Of a stretch of DNA of 64,000 bases, positions 38,289-47,061 are shown piece after piece. Source of the DNA: Candidatus Omnitrophota bacterium. Lineage in GTDB: Bacteria; Omnitrophota; Gorgyraeia; Velamenicoccales; JABMQK01. Under the pieces are notes generated by a model that saw only the letters and a list, made by a program, of their open reading frames with translations, did no database searches and was not told the origin of the DNA. The translations under genes were made by a program, and so were the position numbers. The stretch lies in assembly GCA_028711115.1 (NCBI GenBank), contig JAQTSV010000001.1:902032-966031 (forward strand). Direction: 5' to 3'. Each line of letters begins with the position of its first letter. The first letter of the stretch is position 1.

Positions 38289-39386
38289 TTAAAATGATTT
38301 TATAATTTTTACAACTGACTTTATCTGTTCTTCTTTTAAGCCGCTCCCCGAGGGTAAATATAGGCCTGTGGCCGCCAATATGTCTGTCGTGGGATATTTT
38401 TCACCGCGGAATAATCCCATCTTCTTAAAAACCGGCTGCCTGTGCATTCCTATAAAGAAATCCCGGGTTTCGACTCCTTTGTCTTTCAGGTAACTCACAA
38501 AAGCCTTTTTCTTATTCTTCATTTTACCCTTCAAAGTAATGCCATACATCCAATAAACATTTTTAGCGTAGGATTTTTCTACGGGAGTATTTATCCAATC
38601 AATATCATTTAACAAGTTGTTGTAAAGAAAAGCGTGCTTTCTTCTTAAATTGACAAATTTATCTATGTTTTCCAATTGCGCCAGGCCTATTGCCGCCTGA
38701 ATGTTTGTCATGCGATAATTAAAACCTATCTCATGATGGATAAACCTTCTTTTTATGAAAGACAAATTTTTGAGCAATTTTAATTTCTCAGCTATCTTTT
38801 TATTGCTGGTTAAAACCATGCCGCCTTCGCCGCAAGTTATAATTTTATTGGCGTAAAAACTAAAACAAGCCACATCGCTCAACGAACCGATAATCTTTCC
38901 CTTGTAGAACGCTCCATGCGCTTCTGCCGCGTCTTCTACAACGTATAAATTATATTTTTTGGCGATTTGTCTTATGGGATCCATATCGCAGGGATGGCCG
39001 TAAATATGCACAGGGAGTATTGCTTTTGTTTTTTTGGTGATTTTCTTTTCAATCAGACTTACGTCGATATTTCCCGTATCTAATTCTGCGTCTACCAATA
39101 CGGGCTTTGCGCCTACATAACAAATTGCAAAGACAGTGGAAATCATGGTAAAAGACGGAACAATTACTTCGTCGCCTTTTTTAATACCCAATGCCGCTAG
39201 CGCTAAATGCAGAGCTGTTGTTCCGTTTGTCGTGGCTACGCCGAATTTTACATTGCAATAAACAGAAAATTTCTCCTCGAATTCCGAGATATATTTACCT
39301 TGAGAAGAAATCCAATTCGTCTTAAAACAATCTGTTACATATTGCAATTCTTTTCCTGTTAAAAACGGAGTGCAAACCGGTATCAT
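38289..39386 (-). CDS. DegT/DnrJ/EryC1/StrS family PLP aminotransferase (NDP-4-keto-sugar aminotransferase)
   Basis: CTPFLTGKELQYV, NGTTALHLAL, and FSFYANKIITCGEGGMV containing the PLP lysine. Confidence 0.85.
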   Translation of the reverse strand: MIPVCTPFLTGKELQYVTDCFKTNWISSQGKYISEFEEKFSVYCNVKFGVATTNGTTALHLALAALGIKKGDEVIVPSFTMISTVFAICYVGAKPVLVDAELDTGNIDVSLIEKKITKKTKAILPVHIYGHPCDMDPIRQIAKKYNLYVVEDAAEAHGAFYKGKIIGSLSDVACFSFYANKIITCGEGGMVLTSNKKIAEKLKLLKNLSFIKRRFIHHEIGFNYRMTNIQAAIGLAQLENIDKFVNLRRKHAFLYNNLLNDIDWINTPVEKSYAKNVYWMYGITLKGKMKNKKKAFVSYLKDKGVETRDFFIGMHRQPVFKKMGLFRGEKYPTTDILAATGLYLPSGSGLKEEQIKSVVKIIKSF

Positions 39387-39387
39387 G

Positions 39388-39792
39388 TTACTCCTTTACT
39401 TTAAGGTATACTTTATTTTTTTCGCTGTATGGGCCTTCTTTCACTTCTATCAGATGCGATTTCTCCAGAAATTTGAATCCGTGCGCACCGCTTAACAAAA
39501 TCAAAAGGTCTCCTGTTTTAATTACCTTTTTACAAAATAACTTTGTGCCTTTTACATAGAAATGGACTTCGACTTTACCTTTTTTAACATAAAGCACTTC
39601 CTGTGTCGGCTCTTCACGCACCACCTTCAACTCTCTGTGCTTATGAGGTTTTATATTATGTTCTTTTGGATAAATCAGCATACCAACCTGAAAGGCGCTG
39701 TTTGCGCTGGTAAAGAAATGAGCGCCGTCCTCTAAAAAACTATTTCTTACAATCATACCCAAAATCTTATTCTTGTATTTAATTGTTTCCAT
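39388..39792 (-). CDS. Small cupin-fold protein (FdtA/WbuC-like sugar-nucleotide isomerase candidate)
   Basis: 134 aa. IKPHKHRE His pair and beta-rich cupin pattern. 2 nt from the aminotransferase start. Confidence 0.45.
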   Translation of the reverse strand: METIKYKNKILGMIVRNSFLEDGAHFFTSANSAFQVGMLIYPKEHNIKPHKHRELKVVREEPTQEVLYVKKGKVEVHFYVKGTKLFCKKVIKTGDLLILLSGAHGFKFLEKSHLIEVKEGPYSEKNKVYLKVKE

Positions 39793-39795
39793 ATT

Positions 39796-40797
39796 TCACT
39801 CCTCTTTTTTAAAAATACTCCTTAAAGAATATTTAAATAAATTAATTATCGTAGAAGGGATTGAACCCAACGCCTCAATTTTTCCCGTAGTTAAAAATAT
39901 ATAAAAGAAATAACAGTTCTGGAACCCTAAATAAAGGATAAAGCGAGTAGCTTTATCCAGAGTATTTGGCTTAATGTATCTAAAGTAAAACCTGATAAAA
40001 TTTTCAATTCTATGATAGGAATTAAACCTTTTGGAGAAAAAACCTTGTTTGCTGGGAAAATGCGAGATAATCGCCATGGGGTTAAATACCGTAATAAAAC
40101 CCAGCCGCCTTAATTTATAGGCAACATCGGAATCGCTGAATTCTGAAGTCACAATGTAGCTGTCGTCGAAACCGCCGATTTTCAAAAGTAAATCCATCCT
40201 CACCGCCATATTGCAGGATTCGTGGTGGTCGACTTCGATAATCTTATCTATCTTCAGAGCGTCGGGAAAATTGGCGCCAAAAGAAAACGCACCGCTTCTG
40301 AAATCTTTACAAACCGAAAAAGCCTGTCCTTCCAGGAAATAATCAAAGTATATTTTCCCCAGCAACTTCCAAAATATATTTCCTTTCTTGAATTTCTCAT
40401 GGAATATAAAAACGTCCCTGTTTTTTAAATATTCTTCAGGTGTAATAACCGGGCCTGTAACGCCGCCTATCTTAGGAGAAGATTCAAATGTAGCATTAAC
40501 CGCATTAAGCCAGTCCGGCGTAACGGTAATATCATCGTCTGCTCTGAGAAAAATCTCTCCGCTACTAACTTGTATCCCGGTGTTTACTGCATCGGTAAAA
40601 CCTTTGCCTTTTTGCACAATATATTTTATGGCCAGAGAATCTTTGAATTCATCCGGCAACATATCCGTTCCGTCAGTAGAACATGCGTCTACAATAACCA
40701 CTTCAAAGTTTTTATATGTCTGTTTCTTAAGGGACTCCAAAAGCCTTGCCAGATTATCCCGACGATTATATGTAGGAATTACTATTGATATTTTCAT
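39796..40797 (-). CDS. GT2 glycosyltransferase, type B copy 2
   Basis: SIVIPTYNRRDNL, IVDACSTDGT, RADDDITVTP, KGNIFW. Paralog of 32972..33973. Confidence 0.8.
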   Translation of the reverse strand: MKISIVIPTYNRRDNLARLLESLKKQTYKNFEVVIVDACSTDGTDMLPDEFKDSLAIKYIVQKGKGFTDAVNTGIQVSSGEIFLRADDDITVTPDWLNAVNATFESSPKIGGVTGPVITPEEYLKNRDVFIFHEKFKKGNIFWKLLGKIYFDYFLEGQAFSVCKDFRSGAFSFGANFPDALKIDKIIEVDHHESCNMAVRMDLLLKIGGFDDSYIVTSEFSDSDVAYKLRRLGFITVFNPMAIISHFPSKQGFFSKRFNSYHRIENFIRFYFRYIKPNTLDKATRFILYLGFQNCYFFYIFLTTGKIEALGSIPSTIINLFKYSLRSIFKKEE

Positions 40798-41468
40798 TAA
40801 ATTCTAATTAGACTTAAACAAACGACGCCTTTAACTTCCTGGCGGCTATCCACATCCTCAACATCTTGTCTTTCAACCTTTGTCCACACCGGCCATCTCT
40901 TTTTAAAGTATGCTGCTTCTTCAATTTTAATCCCCGGTATATCTAATAAGTTTTTTAATAATTTCTCATTGTATATTTTATGCGGCGCCTCGATATATAA
41001 ATTATTTATCTCACCACTACCATATGGCATAGAAATAAATATCTGACCATCCTTCTTCGTTACCCTGACAATCTCTTCCAGCGCTTTTTTGTCCCCGGAG
41101 AGGATATGTTCCAGGGTAGAAATTGAAATGGATGCGTCAAATTTCTCATTCTCAAAAGGTAAACTGCAAATATCAGACCGGACAAAACTATAGTTTGGGT
41201 AATTATGGATAAATTTTGAATCATCTCCTTCTTTAAAATCAACACCAAACACATCAAAACCCAAAGAAGCCAAATAAGAAATCATCAAGCTATTGGCACA
41301 GCCAAAGTCTGCCACTTTTCCTTTTTTTAATTTAAGTCTGGTAAGCACAAAAGGATACTCGCAAGTCCTCTCTTGATACATAGGCGATAAACGGCAGTTT
41401 AATTTCCAGAACAACCGAATAAATCCCTGTCCTATAAAATTTATTACGCGCCCAACTATCATAAACAT
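40797..41468 (-). CDS. Class I SAM-dependent methyltransferase
   Basis: VADFGCANSLMISYLASLGFDVFGVD (motifs I/II), ISTLEHI, DGQIFISMP. Confidence 0.6.
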   Translation of the reverse strand: MFMIVGRVINFIGQGFIRLFWKLNCRLSPMYQERTCEYPFVLTRLKLKKGKVADFGCANSLMISYLASLGFDVFGVDFKEGDDSKFIHNYPNYSFVRSDICSLPFENEKFDASISISTLEHILSGDKKALEEIVRVTKKDGQIFISMPYGSGEINNLYIEAPHKIYNEKLLKNLLDIPGIKIEEAAYFKKRWPVWTKVERQDVEDVDSRQEVKGVVCLSLIRI

Positions 41469-41530
41469 CTCCTGTGTTTTCTATTTATTGAAGCCTTCTT
41501 AATCTTAAACAAAAATGGTAATACATACCT

Positions 41531-42931
41531 TCATGACGGTTTTCTTGCATTAAAATCATTGATTGCTCTATTCCTGAAAAATAAACTAAAGCCCTCCCTT
41601 AGGTCTCTTTTTATTTTTACCCAGGAAGTAAAATCTCTCCTGATTCTGTTAAGTATATAGCTTGGGCGGAGATAAAATTTGCGATATGTTAAATCTCTCA
41701 TCTCTATTAAATAATCCTGCGTTAACCCCCGAGGAACATAATAAGGCCAACACCCCTCATATCCTTCACCATAACTACCGTTGATAAACTTATCTATCAC
41801 ATCCTTATCTATTATGCCTTCCTGGATAGCCTGTTCGAACAAAGGCGCGCCCGGTAAAGGCATAACAAGAAAAACTCCTATTATATTAGGCTCAAATCTC
41901 AGAGAACAATCAACCGTGTCTAAAATCTCCTTCTTGGTCTCCGTAGGCTGGCCTATCATTAAATAGTGATCTGGTTCTATGCCCGCCTGCCAGCAAAGAG
42001 CAGTAGCTTCTATAATCTGTTTATCGGTAATGCCTTTGCCGATAATCTGATTTCTTATTCTTTCATTTCCCGATTCTATGCCGAATAATAATTTCTGACA
42101 ACCCGCCCTTTTCATAGTCTTAAGGAGTGGTTTGTCCACATAGTTGATACGAGACTGCGCCTCCCATATAATCCGAAACGGTAACCTCATAATATGCTCA
42201 CAAAGCGAATACACAAATTTCTTATCTATGGTCAAAGCATCGTCACAAAAAATAATCGCCTTTCTGCCGGTTAGCTTGACGCACTCTTTTATTTCCTCAA
42301 CTATAAGTTGCGGCGAGCGGAAACGCACTCTTTTGTCTATAGCCGGAATACTGCAAAAATTACAATGATAAGGGCAGCCTCGCGTAGCAAAAACAGCACT
42401 TGCCCAGGACCCCCTCTTAAAATATGTTTTATAATCTATAATATTCCTGGCGGGAAAAGGCAACCTGTCTAAATCCAAAGGCGTCTGGCCTTTAATAAAC
42501 CCGCGAATTCCCTTCCCGCTGATTAAGTCTTTTGCAACTTCAGGAAAAGTCAACTCCGCTTCCCCTCCGATACCCACATCAAAATAAGGAAAACGCTCTA
42601 TCAAAGTATTGTCGGCACTTATGTGTGGGCCGCCCAAGACAATATTCTTACAGCCACCCTCTTTTAAAAACCTGGCTAATTGCACAGCCCCCTTTATATT
42701 CTGGGTCATCGCCGTGATGCCGATAACATCAAAATTTTGTTCTTTGATAATATGTATTATTTTATCTAGGCTGAGATTATTATTAGAGGCGTCGAGGTAT
42801 TTGACAAAAAAACCTTCCTTGATAAGGGAAGATGCCAGATAAAGTAAACCCAAATTCGGACAATCAGGAATCTTTGCAGAAACCTTTTCCTTAAAAGAAA
42901 CCGGAGGTTGTATTAAAAGTACTTTTCCCAT
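41531..42931 (-). CDS. B12-binding-domain radical SAM enzyme (class B), copy 1
   Basis: N-terminal cobalamin-binding-like domain (GLLYLASSL..., DVIGITAMT, VLGGPH), then ATRGCPYHCNFCS (CX3CX2C). Confidence 0.8.
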   Translation of the reverse strand: MGKVLLIQPPVSFKEKVSAKIPDCPNLGLLYLASSLIKEGFFVKYLDASNNNLSLDKIIHIIKEQNFDVIGITAMTQNIKGAVQLARFLKEGGCKNIVLGGPHISADNTLIERFPYFDVGIGGEAELTFPEVAKDLISGKGIRGFIKGQTPLDLDRLPFPARNIIDYKTYFKRGSWASAVFATRGCPYHCNFCSIPAIDKRVRFRSPQLIVEEIKECVKLTGRKAIIFCDDALTIDKKFVYSLCEHIMRLPFRIIWEAQSRINYVDKPLLKTMKRAGCQKLLFGIESGNERIRNQIIGKGITDKQIIEATALCWQAGIEPDHYLMIGQPTETKKEILDTVDCSLRFEPNIIGVFLVMPLPGAPLFEQAIQEGIIDKDVIDKFINGSYGEGYEGCWPYYVPRGLTQDYLIEMRDLTYRKFYLRPSYILNRIRRDFTSWVKIKRDLREGFSLFFRNRAINDFNARKPS

Positions 42932-42934
42932 TGG

Positions 42935-43756
42935 TTAAGGATTATTCTTTCTGGCTACACACCATATGTCGGTTGAAAAAAAATGTCTGAGCACAGGCAA
43001 GGTCAAAACTTTAGAGATTAAATAATTATCGCAGATAATATCCAATAATTCTGCGGTTCTTTTTAAAATAAGATTATAGTCCGGCCCTAAATTTTGGCAC
43101 CAGAAAGCCTTTCTCTTTTCATACCAGATTTTTGCGCTGCTGCCGAAAACCGGAATCAATAATCTCTTCATGGAAATTGCAGTCTGAACATTAGGATGAA
43201 GATGTTTGGAAGAAGACTTTACGCCCAAAATCCCCATTATAAAATGGATAGTATTAATTAACCATTTAGTAGGATAAGTATGAATAATTAATACACCGTT
43301 GGGTTTTAACATTTTACGAATTTTGGGGATTATAATTTCTAATTCCCAGGTGTATAAATGCTCAAAAACATCGAGCATAAAAATTACATCAAACATATTG
43401 TCTTTAAAATCTATTTCTTTCAAATCTTTCTGTATAAGATAGATATTTTCTTTTTGTTCTTTTGGCAAAGCATTAATCGATTCTTTAGCTATGTCCACTG
43501 CGCTCTGGGCATAATCAACACCATAGCAAATATCGCCCCTTTTGGCATATTCTCTGAGCAATTCGCCCCTTCCGCAGCCTAAATCAAGAATAACTTTTTT
43601 CTCTATATTCTTAGTCATGCTTTCAGACAATCCCATAACTCTTATATAAATCTCGCCTAACTTATTATTAAGATATTCACTGGCCCCACCAGCATGCATA
43701 AAATAATCATGGGTATACTGAGCGGAATCAACGCTGGGCTGTTTATGATTTCCCAT
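42935..43756 (-). CDS. Class I SAM-dependent methyltransferase
   Basis: ILDLGCGRGELL, YGVDYA, FMLDVFEHL, NGVLIIHT. Confidence 0.8.
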   Translation of the reverse strand: MGNHKQPSVDSAQYTHDYFMHAGGASEYLNNKLGEIYIRVMGLSESMTKNIEKKVILDLGCGRGELLREYAKRGDICYGVDYAQSAVDIAKESINALPKEQKENIYLIQKDLKEIDFKDNMFDVIFMLDVFEHLYTWELEIIIPKIRKMLKPNGVLIIHTYPTKWLINTIHFIMGILGVKSSSKHLHPNVQTAISMKRLLIPVFGSSAKIWYEKRKAFWCQNLGPDYNLILKRTAELLDIICDNYLISKVLTLPVLRHFFSTDIWCVARKNNP

Positions 43757-43782
43757 TATAATAACATCCTCCGAGATTATGC

Positions 43783-45231
43783 TTATCTCAGTTGCCCTGA
43801 AAGAAACGCATAAATAATTTGTCCAATTTTATTGTTCAGCGCAAAATCACTGAACAACTTCCGCAAACCCGGAATTACAGTAACATAATAAACCACCGAA
43901 CCCAATGCGCCTCCCAAACGCCATATTAAGATTCTCTTATAGTAATAATTATGACCAAGTTTGGTAATTCTCTTTCTCTGTCTCTCCGTAAATTCCTTTG
44001 TTTCGAAAATAGGCATATCATCATAAGTAGACAAATTCCTTAGATATTTATTCTTATCTACCAGAAAACGGCCATTGCTTAATATCCACTCGTACGCCTC
44101 TGTGCCGGGATAAGGAATAAGATTGGAAAAATTTACATAATTAGAATCCAGGGATTTGGCAAATTTTAAAGTATCCAGCGCCTGTTTATACGTTTCGGTG
44201 GGATGGCCTATGATAAAATTAACGCAACTATCAATTCCTGCTTCTTTCGTCCATTTTACGGCATTGCGGACCTGATCTAATGTTATATTCTTTTTTATAT
44301 TCTTTAGGACTTCGGGGTTTCCGCTCTCACAGCCGAAAGCCAGAAAATAAAAACCCGCCTTTTTCATTTTCTTAAACAATTCTAAATTCACCCTATCAAC
44401 ACGCAGGCCGCTGTAGCATTGAAAACGGATTTTTAAACCGCTGTCTATTACTAAATCACAAATTTTATTTGCACGTTCGATATCCAAAGAAAAACAATCA
44501 TCATTTATATCAAATGCCCTGTAGCCTTCATTAAAGCGCTGTTTTATTTCCTGAAAAACATTTTCGGCTGAACGGCTTCGGAATGTCTTCCCCATAGATA
44601 ATAGCGTGGAACAATATGTACAGCTGTAAGGACAACCCCTGGAAGTAATCAGTGCGGTCGAATGATGTTGTGCGCAAAAATATTCGTTAACATCGAAAAG
44701 GCTGTAATCGGGAAAAGGCAGTTCATCTAAATTCAAATTATTCATAAATTCCCTGTCCTGATTTTCAATAATTTGGCCATCTTTTTTCCAAATAAGATTA
44801 TTTATATCGGAGAAATCTTTTTTATTCCGGGTAAGCGCCTCTGCCAATTCTAATAAACTATATTCTCCTTCCTTTTTAACCGCAAAATCTACTTTAGAAT
44901 CTCCTAAAACAGCACTCTTCGCTACAGAAACATGCGGACCGCCTAAAACCACAGGAATATCAAAATTAGTTTTTATTTTTTCTATACAATCTACGGCGTA
45001 ATCATAACAATAGCTGAAAGAAGTAACACCCACCAAATCAGGTCTAAATTCCTTAACCGAATCCACCAAAGAAAGGCTATTCTTTAAGCCGTCATCGTAA
45101 ACCTTCACTTCGTAGCCATGCTTTTTTAAAAAAGCTCCCAAATAGGCAATACCGATATGAGGATGCCCTGGCGGCGTATATTTATGTCCGAGTAAAGACT
45201 TGTTTTTGGGAATAATTAACTGAATTCTCAT
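43783..45231 (-). CDS. B12-binding-domain radical SAM enzyme (class B), copy 2
   Basis: GIAYLGAFL, LVGVTS, VLGGPH, then TSRGCPYSCTYCS (CX3CX2C). Confidence 0.8.
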   Translation of the reverse strand: MRIQLIIPKNKSLLGHKYTPPGHPHIGIAYLGAFLKKHGYEVKVYDDGLKNSLSLVDSVKEFRPDLVGVTSFSYCYDYAVDCIEKIKTNFDIPVVLGGPHVSVAKSAVLGDSKVDFAVKKEGEYSLLELAEALTRNKKDFSDINNLIWKKDGQIIENQDREFMNNLNLDELPFPDYSLFDVNEYFCAQHHSTALITSRGCPYSCTYCSTLLSMGKTFRSRSAENVFQEIKQRFNEGYRAFDINDDCFSLDIERANKICDLVIDSGLKIRFQCYSGLRVDRVNLELFKKMKKAGFYFLAFGCESGNPEVLKNIKKNITLDQVRNAVKWTKEAGIDSCVNFIIGHPTETYKQALDTLKFAKSLDSNYVNFSNLIPYPGTEAYEWILSNGRFLVDKNKYLRNLSTYDDMPIFETKEFTERQRKRITKLGHNYYYKRILIWRLGGALGSVVYYVTVIPGLRKLFSDFALNNKIGQIIYAFLSGQLR

Positions 45232-46061
45232 GGTTTTCTGATAATTTTATCCTTAAAATAGCTGAGAATACCCGCAAAAGTTGCAATACCTTTTACAAAA
45301 TAGAGATAAAACAAACCCATCAATAAAAGCGGATTTTTGAATGCCTTTGGCGAAAAATATGCCCGTCGAGGTAAACTATGGTGAAAAACCAAGTTTGCAT
45401 CTTTTTTTAAAGCTGGCACATAGTAATATCCGTATCTTTTAAATTTCTTAAATACGTCCCGAAATGTCGGTGTTTCATAATGATAGATATGCGAATCTAT
45501 AAATTTTACCTTTGCACCCATCTTGACTATTTCATTATGTATCATGGAATGCTCAAAGGTTATGGGTGGATTATTCAGAAAATCAATTCTTTTCATATAT
45601 TCTGCCTTAAAGAACCTGGGAATTGCAGTGCCATGGATGGGATCATCATCGTGCAGCGAATGGAACAGCCACTTATCATAGGCGATAATTCTTTCAGCGA
45701 GCGTATTCTTGGTTATCCTTGATTTTTCAAAAAGAGTAACTACGTCAAACCCTCTTTCTTCGCAAACCGCTACACATCTTTCTACGGTATCATTATCTAA
45801 AGTCTGATCCGAATCTACCAAGAAGATATATTTACCAGAACTATTTTCCACTCCGACTTTTCTGGCAAGCGCAAGTGAATCTGCAGTAAAAATATTTGCG
45901 CCATATTTTTTTGCTATCTCAATGGTTCTGTCCTTGCTGAAAGAATCTATAATAATCACCTCTATATTTTTGTAGGTCTGATTGGCAATTGAAACCAAAG
46001 TTTCCTCAAGTGTCTTGCCGGAATTATATGTAGGAATATTTATAGAAACGCGTTCGCTCAT
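45228..46061 (-). CDS. GT2 glycosyltransferase
   Basis: ORF extends to 46133, but the internal Met (MSERVSINIPTYNSGKTL) gives a typical GT2 N-terminus and removes a 70-nt overlap with the upstream gene. IIDSFSKDRT, LVDSDQ. Confidence 0.75.
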   Translation of the reverse strand: MSERVSINIPTYNSGKTLEETLVSIANQTYKNIEVIIIDSFSKDRTIEIAKKYGANIFTADSLALARKVGVENSSGKYIFLVDSDQTLDNDTVERCVAVCEERGFDVVTLFEKSRITKNTLAERIIAYDKWLFHSLHDDDPIHGTAIPRFFKAEYMKRIDFLNNPPITFEHSMIHNEIVKMGAKVKFIDSHIYHYETPTFRDVFKKFKRYGYYYVPALKKDANLVFHHSLPRRAYFSPKAFKNPLLLMGLFYLYFVKGIATFAGILSYFKDKIIRKP

Positions 46062-46063
46062 TA

Positions 46064-47017
46064 TTAAACCCTTTCTCTCCAGTAATCCAATAAATCCTGT
46101 AGTGTTCTTTCCAGGGGAATTTCTGGCTTCCATCCGGTTTGCTTTCTGAATTTAGAACAATCCCCTATTAAAATTTCAACATCAGAAGGCCTTAAGCGCC
46201 TGGGGTCTTTCTTTATGGAAATCTTTTCATTTGTAAGTTTTAATAATATCTTGAGGGCTTCTTTTATAATTATGCCTTTGCCGCTGCAAATATTATATTC
46301 CTCTCCGGGTTTTCCTTTTTCTAAAGCCAGCCAATACCCTTTTACCATATCCCTGACATCCGTAAAATCCCGTATGGCGTTTAAATTTCCCACTTCCATC
46401 ACCGGCTTTTGGCTGCCTTTTTCTATTAACGCTATTTGTTTTGCAAAATTAGAGGTAACAAAATTCTCTCCTCGCCTCGGTCCTGTATGATTAAAACCTC
46501 TGGTCCTTACAATAAACATGTTGTAACTTTGATAATATTGATAACCCAACAAATCCTGCGCAACCTTGCTTACCCCGTAAGGGCTTAAAGGCCTTAAAGG
46601 ATTTGTTTCTTTGATAGGAACCTCATTTTTATATACCATTCCGTACTCTTCGCTGGAACAGGCTATTTGAATTTTTGTTTTCAGTCTTAACTTTCTTACG
46701 GCCTCGAATATATTGAGTTCACCGATAATATTGGTAGTCAGAGTATCGTGTGGCGCTGACCACGATGTGGGAACGAATGACTGAGCGGCGAGATGAAAGA
46801 TTAAATCCGGTCGTATCTTTTCAATTACAGAATTTGTAGAAAAAGGATCTGTTAAATCGCATTCGATGAGTTTTATCTTGTCTTTTATGTGCTGAATATT
46901 ATCCAATCTGCTCAACCACCTATCAATTCCAAATACGTTTACATTATTCTTATCGAGTAAGAATTCTGCCAAATGGCTGCCTACGAACCCTGCTATTCCT
47001 GTGATTACTACTTTCAT
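46064..47017 (-). CDS. GDP-mannose 4,6-dehydratase family extended SDR (Gmd/Rmd-like)
   Basis: VVITGIAGFVGSHLAEFLL, CSSEEYG, YGVSK (YxxxK). 317 aa. Directly downstream of manC. Confidence 0.65.
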   Translation of the reverse strand: MKVVITGIAGFVGSHLAEFLLDKNNVNVFGIDRWLSRLDNIQHIKDKIKLIECDLTDPFSTNSVIEKIRPDLIFHLAAQSFVPTSWSAPHDTLTTNIIGELNIFEAVRKLRLKTKIQIACSSEEYGMVYKNEVPIKETNPLRPLSPYGVSKVAQDLLGYQYYQSYNMFIVRTRGFNHTGPRRGENFVTSNFAKQIALIEKGSQKPVMEVGNLNAIRDFTDVRDMVKGYWLALEKGKPGEEYNICSGKGIIIKEALKILLKLTNEKISIKKDPRRLRPSDVEILIGDCSKFRKQTGWKPEIPLERTLQDLLDYWRERV

Positions 47018-47061
47018 GTTTTGCCTTCCTTTCGCTATGGCTATAGACTTTTCTGCTAAGA

